DNA of 64,000 bases from Squalus acanthias. Its lineage: Eukaryota. The notes below the pieces were generated by a model. The model made no database searches. It was not told the DNA's origin and worked only from the letters and a program-made list of their open reading frames with translations. Positions 38,165 to 51,865 of the stretch are shown in pieces (the first letter of the stretch is position 1; each line of letters opens with the position of its first letter). The stretch spans positions 94,180,001 through 94,244,000 of the forward strand of contig CM059431.1 of NCBI GenBank assembly GCA_030390025.1, written 5' to 3'. Made by a program: the position numbers and the translations under genes.

Positions 38165-38302
38165 GCATTCTGGGAGTTGTAGTGCCCCTGTGCGACATGC
38201 ACAGTAACACTGGTGTATTCTTGGAACTGCAGTATTCTACGTGGTTGAGCTTCTTCAGTCGTGTAGGCCCTAGGTACACAATGCAAGGTCTGGGAATGCA
38301 GC
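38165..38302 (-). promoter_or_regulatory. Candidate promoter P2: ZNF143/Staf (SBS) motif cluster
   Basis: GCATTCTGGGAGTTGTAGT (38165-38183) is the reverse complement of ACTACAACTCCCAGAATGC. Degenerate copies at 38215-38233 and ~38286-38302. Confidence 0.55.
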
Positions 38303-38540
38303 AGATCTTAAGTGCACAATAGATCTAGGAAAGTGAGCGTCAGTTCAAGCTATTTTTGATAACTGGATTAATCTATAGTTCTGCGGCTGGATTCAAACCC
38401 GTAACTTTTGTAAGATAGAAAGGCCACTACAGATGTCTTCTTTTCCCACAACCACCAAGAATGAGGATCATCATTCTATCCGTGTAAATGGGCATAATGT
38501 AGGTCATCTGACTCGGAGGAATCCAGGATGCAATCTGGGA

Positions 38541-38589
38541 ATGAATTCTAGGAAATGCGTACTGTACCTTTGTGTTATTAGTGTTCTTG
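38541..38589 (+). CDS. Candidate signal-peptide exon L2 of the IgSF gene (MNSRKCVLYLCVISVL+G, phase 1)
   Basis: 49 coding nt with a basic n-region and hydrophobic core, donor G|GTATGA. An in-frame upstream ATG lies at 38433. Confidence 0.5.
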
Positions 38590-39289
38590 GTATGAGTTTG
38601 TCCACACCTGGAAAGCAGCTTCTGGTTCCAAGCCAGGTCGTGCAAAACTGAAAAAATAATTGTTGGAAGAAAAAGCTATTTCTCCAAATATTCAAAAATT
38701 ACTTTGGTAGTATTTGTTCCTGGGCATTAATAAAATTTTGAAGACGGGAATCTCCAGCAGAGAGCAGTTTCAGTCCTGATACTTTTTGTCTACAAGGGCC
38801 AATGTCAAGGGGGAAGGCACTTCCACTTTCCATGGCATTTCTACACATGCTCTTTTATTATTTATATTTTTAATACACAGACACCACTCTCTCTCCCTTT
38901 CCCTTTTTTGCAGTTAATCATAGGAGCCAAATGGGTGTCATTAAAACAACACATATCTGGTTTCATTGAGGCCAGGACAACATACGGACAGAAAATCCTG
39001 CATGGTCCGCAGACCTCAATGTGTGCTCCCAGTAAGAGACGCTCCCCATCAGCAGGGAAAATGCAGCGTTACCATTCTGATCTCCATCTGTTGCCCTCCC
39101 TGCTCCTCTTTGTTTTGCTCAGTCCTGTAAAAGGGGTCTCCTCCTGACCATGGAAATTTTGAAGAAAGGCCTCACCTGAAATGTTAACCTGCTATTTCTA
39201 TTTTAAACAGTTGTGTATTTCCAGCATTTTCTATTTTTTAAATTTCAGATTCTAGCATTTACAATTTTTCTTTTCATTTTAAATTTTAA

Positions 39290-39999
39290 GACTAGGTTGG
39301 TCCAGTCACAAATAACCTGATATTTACAGGGAAAAAGGCCGAAGACCTGGAACGCGGAGGTTCTGCTGATCTTAATGGCCTCATTTGCATCTAGTAGCTC
39401 CGTCGCCCGCACGGCAGAGAACAGTAGCGTCAGGAGGCTGTAGTGGAGACCCTTGGCAATGGTCCCCGGCAATTGTGGGGGGTGGGGCGCGGTGAAGGAA
39501 GCTCCGGTCAGCAATCATTTTGGGGGGTTGGGAAGGATCGGCAATAGGGAGAGGGAAGGTTGGTAATGGGGAGGGGGTGGATCGGCAATAGGGAGGGGGT
39601 AGAATCGGCAATCAGGAGCGGGGGAGGTCGGCAATCGGGAGGGATGGGGCCTGTGATCAGGAGGGCTAGGGGGATGGAGGCTGGAGATCGTGGCTGAAGG
39701 CTTCCTTGAGGAGCCTGGAGGGAGAACTGCTCCTCTTGGCCCACAAGGAGTGTTGAAAGAGCCATTTACCTTGGGGAACCCGTGCAGCACGCAAAGTTTC
39801 AAATCAGGCTTCCAATTGCACTGTAGCAGCCCAATTTAAATATGCTAATAAGCGTGTCTATGACGGGACACTCGGACGCCCCGATATCTGCTGCCGGAAT
39901 AATAGCGGTGGGCGCAAACGTGCCGTGTTAGGATCGGGTTACGCGGATTTCATTTTTTAACCCTCCAACCCTCTCCTGCCCGCACACAAAATCTAGGCT
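39290..39999. mobile_element. Non-autonomous Harbinger-like element with G-rich internal repeats
   Basis: Repeated GGATCGGCAATAGGGA units and terminus AAAATCTAGGC. Shares a block with 52890-52960. Confidence 0.5.
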
Positions 40000-42900
40000 G
40001 ACACGCCAATGTAATATTGAGGGAGTACTGCACTGTCGGTGGCGTACGGATATGCAGATCAGGGAGGTGAACACATGGCTGAAGGAGTGGTAAGGGAAAG
40101 AGGAGTTCCTTTTCTGGGACACTGGCACCAGTATTGGGACAGGAAGGAACTGGACCATTTTGACGGGCTCCACCTGAACCGGGCTGAGACCAGGGTCCTA
40201 GCGGAAAGGATAAATAGGGCATTCACAGGGACTTTAAACCAGTAAATGAGGGGATGGCTCAGGTGGAAAAGGTAGTATAAAAAATAGTTCTAAAACAAAC
40301 GAAAGGGAAGAGAGCAGAGTAATAGTCAGAAATTGTGCTTTAGGCACTACAGGTAAAGGGAAAACTAAAAGATGTAAAGTAATTAAACCAGGAGAGAGAA
40401 ATAAGAATTGTGTGAGTAAAACATTAGAGCAGGACAGGTTAGGGTGTGTGGCCCAGATGAGTGTTATTTATACGAACACACGTATAAGTATAAGAAACAA
40501 ATTGAATGAACTGCAGGTGCAAATTCAACTTGGAGGGTATGACATGGTAGCCATTACTGAGACATGGCTGTAAGACAGTCAGGACTGGGAACTAAATATG
40601 CCAGGTTATAAGGTCTACAGGAAGGATAGGGAAAATGGCAGAGGGGGAGGAGTAGCCTTAGTGATTAATGAAATCACTTCAATGATAAGAGAGGATATAA
40701 CGAGAGGTAGTGGAAACTTTATGGTTAGAATTAAGAAATAGAAAAGGATTTAAGACTATAGTAGGAGTTATGTATAAGACCCCCTGGTAGCAGCTGTGAA
40801 GTGGTAGAATGCATAATTGCAGAGATTGGACAAGCAAAGGCAGAATGGTTTTAATGGGGGATTTTAACTTTCATATAGATTGGTATAAGCAGACTAGCTC
40901 ATGTCAGAAAGCTAGTGAATGTCTTAAGTGTTAATAGATGTTAACGGATACGATGTGATTGGGATTACAGAGACGTGGCTCCAGAACAATCAAGGCTGGG
41001 AACTGAACATCCAGGGGTATTCAACATTCAGAAAGGATAGAATAAAAGGAAAAGGGGGTGGGGTAGCATTGCTGGTTAAAGAGGAGATTAATGCAATAGC
41101 TAGGAAGGACATCAGCTTGGAGGATGTGGAATCAATATGGGTTGAGCTGCAGAACACCAAAGGGCAGAAAACGTTAGTGGGAGTTGTGTACAGACCTCCA
41201 AACAGCAGTAGTGAGGTGGGGGAGGGTATGAAACAGGAAATCAGAGGTGCGTGCAAAAAAGGCACGGCAGTTATCATGGGTGACTTTAATATGCATATAG
41301 ATTGGGCTACTCAAACTGGAAGCAATACGGTGGAGGAGGATTTCCTGGAGTGTTTAAGGGATGGTTTCCTAAACCAATATGTTGAGGAACCAACTCGAGG
41401 GGAGGCCATCCTGGACTGGGTGTTGTGTAATGAGGAAGGACTAATTAGCAATCTTGTGGTACGAGGCCGCCTGGGGAAGAGTGACCATAGTATGGTGGAG
41501 TTCTACATTAGGATGGAGAAGGAAACAGTTAAGTCAGAGACCATGGTCCAGAACTTAAATAAGGGCAACTTTGAGGGTATGAAGCGTGAATTGGCGAGGT
41601 TAAATTGGCAAGCGATATTTAAGGGGCTATCAGTGGAAGGGCAATGGCAGACATTTAGAGATCGCATGGATGAACTACAACAATTGTACATCCCTGTCTG
41701 GCGTAAAAATAAAAAAGGGAAGGTGGCTCAACCATGGCTAACAAGGGAAATCAGGGATAGTATTAAAACCAAGGAAGTTGCATACAAATTGGCCAGAAGT
41801 AGCAGCAAACCCGGGGACTGGGAGAACTTCAAAACTCAGCAGAGGAGGACGAAGGGTTTGATTAGGGCAGGGAAAATAAAATATGAAAGGAAGCTTGCAG
41901 AGAACATTAAAATGGACTGCAAAAGCTTCTATAAATATGTAAAAAGAGAGGTTAGTAAAAACAAACGTAGGTTCCCTGCAGTCGGAAACAGGGGAAGTCA
42001 TAATGGGGAACAAGGAAATGGCAGATCAATTGAACAAGTACTTTGGTTCGGTGTTTACTGTGGAGGACACACACAACCTGCCGGAAATAAAAGGGGTCAG
42101 AGGATCTGGTAAGAGGGAGGAGCTGAGGGAAATCCTTATTAGTCAGGAAAAGGTATTGGGGAAATTGATGGGACTGCAGGCTGAAAAATCCCCGGGGCCT
42201 GATGGTCTGCATCCCAGAGTACTTAAGGAGGTGGCCTTGGAAATAGTGGATGCATTGACGATCATTTTCCAACATTCCTTAGACTCTGGATCAGCTCCGA
42301 TGGAGTGGAGCTTGGCCAATGTAACCCCTCTTTTTAAAAAAGGAGGGAGGGAGAAAGCAGGGAATTATAGACCGGTCAGCCTGACATCGGTCGTGGGTAA
42401 AATGATGGAAGCAATTATTAAAGATGTCATAACAGACCATTTGGAAAGTGGCGATATGATAGGTCCAAGTCAGCATGGATTTGTGAAAGGGAAATCATGC
42501 TTGACAAATCTTCTGGAATTTTTTGAGGATGTTTCCAATAGGGTGGACAGGGGGGAACCAGTAGATGTGGTGTATTTGGACTTTCAGAAGGCCTTCGACA
42601 AGGTCCCACACAAGAGATTGGTGAGCAAAGTTAAAGCACATGGGATTGGGGGTAATGTGTTGACGTGGATTGAGAACTGGTTGGCACACAGGAAACAAAG
42701 AGTAGGAGTAAATGGGTACTTTTCAGAATGGCAGGCAGTGACCAGCGGGGTACCGCAGGGTTCGGTGCTGGGACCCCAGCTGTTTACATTATATATTAAT
42801 GATTTGGACGAAGGGATTAAATGTAATATCTCCAAATTTGCGGATGACACTAAATTGGGAGGCAGTGTGAACAATGAGGAGGATGCTCGGAGGCTACAGA

Positions 42901-45900
42901 GTGACTTGGACAGGTTGGGTGAATGGGCAAATGTATGGCAGATGAAGTACAATGTGGATAAATGTGAGGTTATCCACTTTGGTGGTAAAAATAGAGAGGC
43001 GGACTATTACCTGAATGGTGGCAGATTAGGGAAAGGGGAGGTGCAACGAGACCTGGGCGTCATGGTACATCAGTCACTGAAGTTGGGAATGCAAGTGCAG
43101 CAGGCAGTCAAGAAAGCATACGGAATGATGGCCTTCATAGCAAGGGGATTTGAGTACAGGAGTAGGGAGGTGATGCTGCAGTTGTACAGGGCCTTGGTGA
43201 GGCCACACCTGGAGTATTGTGCGCAGTTTTGGTCTCCTAACTTAAGGAAGGACATTCTTGCTATTGAGGGAGTGCAGCGAAGGTTCACTAGATTGATTCC
43301 TGGGATGGCCGAACTGACATATCAAGAAAGATTGGGTCAACTGAACTTGTATCCTCTGGAGTTCAGAAGAATGAGGGGGGATCTTATAGAGACATTTAAA
43401 ATCCTGACTGGTTTAGACAAATTAGATGCGGGCAGAATGTTCCCAATGTTAGGGAAAACTAGAACCAGGGGTCACAGTCTAAGGATTAAGGGGAAGCCAT
43501 TTAAGACTGAGTTGAGGAGAAACTTCTTCACCCAGAGAGTGGTGAATCTATGGAATTCTCTTCCACAGAAGGTTGTTGAGGCCAGTTCGCTAAATATATT
43601 CAAAAGTGAGTTAGATATAACACAACTAGGGGGATCAAGGGGTATGGCGAGAAAGCAGGAATGGGGTACTGAGGTAGCATGTTCAGCCATGAACGCATTG
43701 AATGGCGGTGCAGGCTCGAAGGACCGAATGGTCTACTCCTGTACCTATTTTCTATGCTTCTATGTTAAGTGTATTCAGGATAGTTTTCTGCAACAATATA
43801 TCCAAGAACCAACAAGGGGGCAGGTCATATTAGATTTAGTAATGAGAAATGAGCCAGATTTCGTTAATAGCCTAACGGTCCATGAACATTTATCTAATAG
43901 CGATCCTAATATGATTGAGTTCAATGTAGTGTTTGAATGGGGAAACGCAAAACAGCTACTAAGATTCTAGATGCGATGCGACAGAGTCTGTCCACAGTAA
44001 ACTGGACAAATTTGCTAATGGGTAAAATGACAGTAGATCAGTGGGAGGTTTTCAAAAAAGAATTTAATGTGATACAGAACCAGTTTTTACCCCTAAGGGG
44101 TAAGAGGTCTACTTGCCAAAAAAAAACAGCCATGGACGACTAAAAAGGTAAGGGACAACATAAAACTAAAAGAAAAAGCATTGAAAAATGCAAAAACTAG
44201 CACAGATCCAGGCAATTGGGAGAGATACAAAGAACAACAAAAGGAGACAAAACAGATAGTAAGAGCTACAAAAAGGGAGTATGAAAAGAAACTTGCAAGG
44301 GCTATCAAAATCAACACAACATTTTTTTACAATTATATTAGGAAAAGAGGATGGTCAGGAGCAATGTCGGCCCCTTAAAAACTGATAATGGTGATATTGC
44401 AATAGAAAATAAGGAAATGGCGGACATGTTGAATAATAACTTTACATCAGTATTTACAGTAGAGGAAGAGGATAGCATGCCAGACATCCCAAGAAAACTA
44501 ATATTAAATCAGAGATGCAGATTCACCAAAATTAAAACATTAGCAAAATAACAGTAATGAAGAAAATAATGGCACTAACAAGTGACACATCCCCAGGACC
44601 AGATGGTTTCCATCCCAGGATTTCAAAAGAAGTGAGAACATTGCAGGTTCCCTAACTATAATCTTCCAAATTTTTTCGATTCAGGAACTGTTCCTTTAGA
44701 TTGCAAAATTGTGCATGTCACTCCAATATTTAAGAAAGGTGAGATAGGGAAACCAGGGAATTATGGACCAGTTAGCCTAACATCTGTTATCGGGAAATTA
44801 CTAGAGTCTATAATTAAGGATAGAGTGACTGAACATCTTGAACATTTTCAGCTGATCAGAGAGAGCCACCATGGATTAGAAAAGGGTAGGTCATGCCTGA
44901 CGAACCTGTTGAATTGTTTGAAGAGGTGACTAAAGTAGTGGACAGGGGAATGTCTATGAATGTTATTTATATGGACTTCCAGAAGGCATTTGATAAAGTC
45001 TCTTGTAAAAGACTGTTAGCTAAAGTTGAAGCTCATGGAATTGAAGGCAAATTATTGACCTGGTTAGGAGATTGGCTGAACGGCAGGAGACAGAGAGTAG
45101 GGATAATGGGCAGGTACTCAAATTGGCAGGATGTGACTAGTGGAGTCCCACAAGGATCTGTGTTGGGACCTCAGCTATATACCGTATTCATTAATGACGG
45201 AGATGATGGGATAGAAAGCCACGTATCCAAGTTTGCCAATGACAAAAAGATAGGCGGCATTATAAGTGGTGTAGAAGCAGAAAATGAAAAAGAAATATTA
45301 ATAGATTAAACAAATAGGCAAAACTGTGGCAAATGGATTTCAATGTAGACAAATATGAGGTCATCCACTTTGGACCTAAGAACAGGGTACTTTCTAAAAT
45401 GTGAAAAGCTAGAAACAGTGGATATCCAAAGAGACTTGGGGGATTCAGGTACATAGACCATTAAAATGTCATGAACAGGTACAGAAAATAATCAAAAAGG
45501 CTAATGGAATGCTGGCCTTTATATCTAGAGGACTAGAATACAAGGGGGTAAGAGTTATGCTACAGCTATACAAAACCCTGGTTAGACCACACCTGGAGTA
45601 TTGTGAGCAGTTCTGGGCACCACACCTTAAGAAGGATATATTGGCCTTGGAGGGAGTACAGCGTAGATTTACCAGATTGATACCTGGACTCCAAAAGTTA
45701 AATTATGAGGAGAGATTACACAAACTAGGGTTCTATTCCCTGGTATTTAGAAGTTAAGAGGTGATTTGATCGAAGTTTTCAAGATATTAAGGGGAACAGA
45801 TAGGGTAGATAGAGAGGAACTATTTCTGCTGGTTGGGGAGTCTAGGTCGAGGGGGCGTAAGCTAAAATTTAGAGCCAGCCCTTTCAGGAATTAAGTTAGG

Positions 45901-46147
45901 AAACACTTCTCCGCGCAAAGGGTGGTGGAAGTTTGGAACACTCTTCCGCAAATGGCAATTGATGCTAGGTCAATTGTTAATTTTATACCTGAGATTTTTT
46001 TTATACCTGAGATAGATTTTTGTTAAGGTATTAAGGGATATGGGGCAAAGGCGGGGACATGGAGTTAGGTCACAGATCAGCCATGATCTCATTGAATAGC
46101 AGAACAGGCTCAAGGGGATAAATGGCCTACTCCTGTCCTATGTCCTA
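40000..46147 (+). mobile_element. Old CR1 (ORF1 end, ORF2, 3' end) interrupted by a young CR1
   Basis: DGLHLN at 40039-40245, endonuclease to 40931, resuming at 43765 through RT motifs to the (CCTATGT)n tail. Confidence 0.88.
40932..43764 (+). mobile_element. Young 5'-truncated CR1 with near-intact ORF2
   Basis: ORFs 40928-42112 and 42003-43970 are separated by one frameshift. 8-bp TSD TTAAGTGT (40924-40931, 43765-43772). Confidence 0.93.
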
Positions 46148-46470
46148 TGTGCTGTCTTTTGGATGAGATGTTAAATCGAGGTCCCGTCTGCCCTCTCAGG
46201 TGGATGTAAAAGATCCTATGGCACTATTCAAAGAAGAGGAGAGGTGTTCTCTCTGTGTCCTGGACAATATTTATCCCTCAACCAACATCAATAAAAAACA
46301 GATTATCTGGTCATTATCTGATTGTCGTTTGTGAGTCCTTACTTTGCGCAAATTGACTGTCACATTTCCTACATTACAACAGTGACTATACTTCATTGGT
46401 TGTAAAGTGCTTTGGGATGTCCTGAGTTCATGAAAAGCATTATATAAATACAAGTCTTTCTTTCTACTTT
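46148..46470 (+). mobile_element. Deu-domain SINE, 5'-truncated (duplicate at ~50027-50342)
   Basis: Homologous to 23176-23600. Confidence 0.7.
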
Positions 46471-46661
46471 CTATTGCCAAAGGATACCTACCTGCTAACT
46501 GGCAGGCATCTCAGTGCACGCAGGAGGTCAAAGGGCATCATCATTCCAGAGCCTGAGTTAACATCCCCCCAAAACTATAAAATCAACAGTGGGTTGAGGG
46601 GTGAAAAATCTGGCTACATGTGTTGTACAAGATTCAAATATGAATCAAATTGTGAAATAAT

Positions 46662-47818
46662 GGGCAAGATTTTAACTTTGAGGCTGGTAGGGAGCCGAGG
46701 GTGGAAGTCCGGGATTGCGGTCGGGAAACCCGGGAGAATTTAACGGCAGGGCCTCATTACCATTTTTTTTCTCTGTTTCCCACCTGCAGCCAGCCAGATT
46801 GAGAGGCTGAGTAGCTGTTGGGCGGGGAGGCCTGCAGCACCAGGTTGCAGCTGGGGAGCAGAGAGGTGGGAGGGAGGGATCGGAGGCTGGGGGTTTGGGG
46901 TTGGGGGCTGGGGATCGGAAGGTGGGGTCAGAGGGGGTCGGAAGGCCAGGATCGGGGGTGGGGAGGGTGGGGTGGGAGATTGGAGCAGGGGTTGGAAGGC
47001 CGAGATTGGGGGTGGTTGGGAAGGCCGGGTCAACAGGCCAGGATTGGGGGGGTGGGAGTGTCGGAGGGTGGGGTCGTAAGGCCGGGATCGGAGGGGATCG
47101 GAGCTCGTGGATCGGGTCCGAAGGCCGGGATCGGAGGGGGTCAGAGAGCCGGAGGTGGGGTCGGAATGCCGGGATCGGAGGGGGTCGGAGAGCCGGAGGT
47201 GGGGTCAGAATGCCGGGATCGGAGGGGGTCGTAAAGCTGGAGGTGGGGTCGGAATGCCGGGATCGGAGGGGGTCGTAGATCGTATGAGGGAGTCAGGGGC
47301 TGGGGCCGGGGATCAGGGGCCTCATGGTGGGGTGGGGGCGGGGGGTTGGAGGCCTAGTAGGGGGTGATGGGAGGCCTCGAGGGCAGGGGGGGGGAGATCA
47401 GAGGCCTCGTGGGGGAGGTCGGGGTGAGATCAGAAGGGACGGGGTGGGGTGCGGTCCAAATGCGGGGGATTGGCAAGACAGCAACACTGGATTCAGCAGC
47501 TAAGTGGAAAGGCACTTACCTCCTGAATCCAGCAGTCCTCACCTTCCTTCAACTGCCGGGTTCCCTGAGGTTAGGGAAATCCGCCCGCCCACAGTTAACT
47601 TTAAAATGGTACTTCAAAAAGAGGCACGCAGCCTCATTGTAATATTTAAAGTGCCAGCCCGCCTCCTGGGAGCAGGTTGGCTTCCCGCCCCGTCCTGCCT
47701 ATGTTCAAACCGGAAGTGGGCGGGTATGGAGGTGGGCTGGGGTCGGGATTCAGATTTCTAATACTGTAACCTCCCACCCAACCGAAACTGCCCGTTTTTT
47801 GGAGTTAAAATTCCCCCC
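46662..47818. mobile_element. MITE family B with internal 44-bp G-rich minisatellite
   Basis: Termini GGGCAAGATTTTAACT / AGTTAAAATTCCCCCC, AAT TSD. Confidence 0.8.
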
Positions 47819-47948
47819 AATGATTGTATTTTTAAATGTACAACATAATTTACATTTGTATATCTTCTGCTCAGTTTCTGTTATGAAATGTAAATCTATT
47901 TTTTGGATAATATTGAAATCATTTTTGGTTGAACAGTTTTCTTTACAG

Positions 47949-48278
47949 ATGCTGATGATCGAGAATCTGTTGCAGCTTCAGTCGGAGGAACAATAACACT
48001 TCGATGTAGAAACTCCTCTCTGGGAAATCTGACTCAAGTTACCTGGACCAAAGCAAGCAACAATAAATTTGAAACTGTTATTACTTACTTACCTACTCTC
48101 AATAAGACATACACATCCAATGACAGCCAGAGACTGGTGCTGTTACAGACTCCCCAAGAGCCCTACAGTCTGCAGATACAGAAGCTGCAGATTTCTGATT
48201 CAGGGAATTACACCTGCACAGTGAATGGACTTAATTTACAGCAACACACCAAATGGCACCTTCTTATTTCCAAACCAG
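47949..48278 (+). CDS. Ig V-set domain exon V1 of an IgSF receptor (CD226/TIGIT/CD200R-like; orthology uncertain)
   Basis: Acceptor TTTTCTTTACAG, donor CAG|GTAGG, 330 nt, phase 1-1, open frame. Contains GGTITLRC, LTQVTW, SLQI..LQISDSGNYTC; the two Cys are 70 residues apart; 5 N-glycan sequons. Confidence 0.9.
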
Positions 48279-48618
48279 GTAGGAACTTCCTGCTTTCACT
48301 CTTCTCATCTCTCTGTGTCAAAAGAAAAACATGAACAAACTTTACAAATCAGTTTCAGTGTTTTGTAGATATTAAGTTTGAAATTTCTAATGTAATTAGC
48401 TGCAATGGTAACAGAGAACTATTAAAACTATAATAAACTGTTACATTATGGCTCCGATATTTACTGGAGCAGCATTTCCAAGCCAGGGGATGGGAGGGGG
48501 GAGGAGTTCTGGCCGGGAAACCGGGCAGACTGGGTTTCCCCAAACGTTGTGGAGATTGCGTGCGTGCGTGTTTTTATTAAAACAGGATCCCCACCTGGAA
48601 GCCACCCTGATTTATAGT

Positions 48619-49327
48619 CCAGCTATGTGTTTGGGAGATAGGCCTGCCATCGTTGAATAACTGTGATTATAGGCCAGGCGTGAGATGTGGATGAGAGTTT
48701 GACTAGGTGCTTGGTGGGTGGGTGAGTGGTGGGGGTGTGGTGATTTGTGCACTTTGTACAGACTGAGGTTTAGATGCTGGTATGTAGGACCACCCGAGTG
48801 AGGTCATTGAATTCCTTCCGGCACTGTGTCAGGCTGCATACAACCACACTACTGGCTGAGACCTCCTGGGCCACTTCCCTCCACATTGCCCTGAAGATCT
48901 GGGGCAGTGTCCGGGAACAGCACTGCCCTCCTTCGCTCCACTCCCGCGACCAATGCCTCCAATGCCTCGTCTGTGAAACGACGAGCTCTCTCCCTGGGAG
49001 TGGGATCAGCCATTACGATCAGGGGATTGAGTTGGTTGCAGGTTGCCTTCAGAGCCAGCAATGCTGATAATGAGGACCTCCCCTTTAATAGCTGGAAGGG
49101 GCCAGTGTGAAGGATCATTCCCGATTGTATTGCATCTGAAATTCATTATCGATCTGCTGGTAGTGCCCCTGTAGTGCCCTACTGAGGTCATTAGTGCTTG
49201 ATTTAGCGCTCCAGTTCTTTCCAGGAGCGCTAACAGCCAATTTAGGGGAGGCTCAGAATCATTAGCGCCTGGTGCTAATTTTTCAGGATTTTATAAATTA
49301 GCCGAATATATACCGAATTTTTCCCCC
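48619..49327 (-). mobile_element. Harbinger right end with Myb exon-1 remnant (partner of the element starting at 53668)
   Basis: RARRFTDEALEALV in ORF 48849-49118. Terminus ACCGAATTTTTCCCCC. Confidence 0.8.
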
Positions 49328-49757
49328 ATACTTCTATGAGATTCCCACTCAATTATCTCCTTTCAAGACTAAAGAAGCCCAGTTTCTCCAGTCTTTCTCT
49401 GTACACCAAATCTTTGATGACTGGGATCAGCCTTGTAGCTCTTTGCACTACATCCATGCCCTGATTACTAGTCTTACATGTTGGTGAACTGAACACAATG
49501 CTCAATGTGCAACCTGACTAGAGCACTGTGCAGATTTTGACATATAAAGGCTGATTCCATGATTGGATGATTCTAGTATGGAATAGCACTCACTGGGAGT
49601 ACGAGTTGGGAAATCGTAGGCCTGCAGTGCCTCATTTTCCATTAATTTTCTGCCCAGTGCACTCAGCAAGCACCAATCTGCTCTGGGAAAACTCAACCAT
49701 GGAATAAACCCTTTAGTGTGATGGGGCTAGTGGGGCGGGGTGGGGGGGGGAGAGACA

Positions 49758-49935
49758 GTGGATGGTGTCGAGCTTCTTGAGTGTTGTTGGAGCTGCACTC
49801 ATCGAGGCAAGTGGAGAGTATTCCATCACACTCCTTACTTGTGCCTTGTAGATGGTGGAAGGGCTTTGGAGAGTCAGGAGGTGAGACACTCGCCGCAGAA
49901 TACCTAGCCTCTGACCTGCTTTTGTTGCCACAGTA
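49758..49935 (-). mobile_element. Fragment of a second CR1/L2-group LINE family (related RT piece at 56623-56930)
   Basis: KAGQRLGILRR..YKAQVRSVMEY here; NYRPISLLSIISKVME in ORF 56523-56837. Confidence 0.7.
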
Positions 49936-50531
49936 ACATGGAGTTAGGTCACAGATCAGCCATGATCTCATTGAATAGCAGAACAGGCTCAAGGGGATAA
50001 ATGGCCTACTCCTGTCCTATGTCCTATGTGCCGTCTTTTGGATGAGATGTTAAACCGAGGTCCCATCTGCCCTCTCAGGTGGATCCCATGGCACTATTCA
50101 AAGAAGAGGAGAGGTGTTCTCTCTGTGTCCTGGACAATATTTATCCCTCAACCAACATCAATAAAAAACAGATTATCTGGTTATTATCTCATTGTCGTTT
50201 GTGAGTCCTTACTTTGCGAAAATTGACTGTCGCATTTCCTACATTACAATAGTGACTATACTTCATTGGCTGTAAAGTGCTTTGGGATGTCCTGAGTTCA
50301 TGAAAAGCATTGTATAAATACAAGTCTTTCTTTCTTTTTTCTATTGCCAAAGGATACCTACCTGCTAACTGGCAGGCATCTCAGTGCACGCAGGAGGTCA
50401 AAGGGCATCATCATTCCAGAGCCTGAGTTAACATCCCCCCAAAACTATAAAATCAACAGTGGGTTGAGGGGGAAAAAATCTGGCTACATGTGTTGTACAA
50501 GATTCAAATATGAATCAAATTGTGAAATAAT

Positions 50532-51747
50532 GGGCAAGATTTTAACTTTGAGGCTGGTAGGGAGCTGAGGGTGGAAGTCCTGGATTGCGGTCGGGAAACC
50601 TGGGAGAACGGGTTTCCCTCAGGCCCTGCCAAATTTAACGGTAGGTCCTCATTAACATTTTTTTCCAATGTTTCCCGCCTGCAGCCAGCCAGATTGAGAG
50701 GCTGAGTAGCTGTTGGGCGGGGAGGCCTGCAGCACCAGGTTGCAGCTGAGGAGCAGAGAGGAGGGAGGGAGGGATCGGAGGCTGGGGGTTTGGGGTTGGG
50801 GGCTGGGGACCGAAGGAGGGGGTCAGAGGGGGTCGGAAAGCCAGGATCGGGGGTGGGGTGGGAGATTGGGGCAGGGGTTGGAAGGCCGAGATTGCGGGGG
50901 GTTGGGAAGACCGGGGTCAGAGGAGGCTGGGATAGGGGGGGTGGGTGTGGTCAGCAGGCCAGGATCGGGGGGGTGGGAGTGTCGGGGGGGCGGGGTGGGA
51001 AGGCCGGGATCGGAGGGGGTCGGAGCTCGTGGACGGGGTCCGAAGGCCGGGATCGGAGGGGGTCGGAGAACCGGAGGTGGGGTTGGAATGCCGGGATCGG
51101 AGGGGGTCGGAGAGCCGGAGGTGGGGTCGGAATGCCGGGATCGGAGGGGGTCGGAGAGCCGGAGGTGATGTCGGAATGCCGAGATCGGAGGGGGTCGGAG
51201 AGCCGGAGGTGGGGTCAGAATGCTGGAATCGGAGGGGGTCATAGATCGGGTGAGGGAGTCAGGGGCTGGGGCCGGGGATCAGGGGCCTCATGGTGGGGTG
51301 ATGGGAGGCCTCGAGGGCGGGGGGGGAGATCAGAGGCCTCGTGGGGGAGGTCGGGGTGAGATCAGAAGGGCCGGGGGGAGGGGTCCAAACGTGGGGGATT
51401 AGCAAGACAGCAACACTGGATTCAGCAGCTAAGTGGAAAGGCACTTACCTCCTGAATCCAGCAGTCCTCACCTTCCTTCAACTGCCGGGTTCCCTGAGGT
51501 CAGGGAAATCCGCCCGCCCACAGTTAACTTTAAAATGGTACTTCAAAAAGAGGCACGCAGCCTCATTGTAATATTTAAAGTGCCAGCCCGCCTCCTGGGA
51601 GCAGGTTGGCTGCCTGCCCCGTCCTGCCTATGTTCAAACCGGAAGTGGGCGGGTTTGGAGGTGGGCTGGGGTCGGGATTCAGATTTCTAACACTGTAACC
51701 TCCCACCCAACCGAAACTGCCCGTTTTTTGGGGTTAAAATTCCCCCC
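50532..51747. mobile_element. MITE family B, duplicated copy
   Basis: Same termini and AAT TSD as 46662-47818, with a longer minisatellite. Confidence 0.8.
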
Positions 51748-51865
51748 AATGATTGTATTTTTAAATGTACAACATAATTTACATTTGTATATCTTCTGCT
51801 CAGATTCTGTTCTGAAATGTAAATCTATTTTTTGGATAATATTGAAATCATTTTTGGTTGAACAG

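Noticed and set aside
39158..39190. Minimal hammerhead-like core (TGAAGA..GAAA) in a Penelope-like remnant
   Set aside because: The catalytic core is degenerate and the flanking stems are not evident.
46818..47367. Gly/Arg/Pro-rich ORFs here and at 50713-51402 and 60130-60698
   Set aside because: By-products of GC-rich MITE repeats, open in several frames with no domain signature.
48217..48255. CACAGTG heptamer at the second Cys of V1, suggesting an RSS or rearranging V gene
   Set aside because: No nonamer at 12 or 23 bp spacing. The exon continues through a G-strand to a splice donor, and the heptamer is lost in V2.
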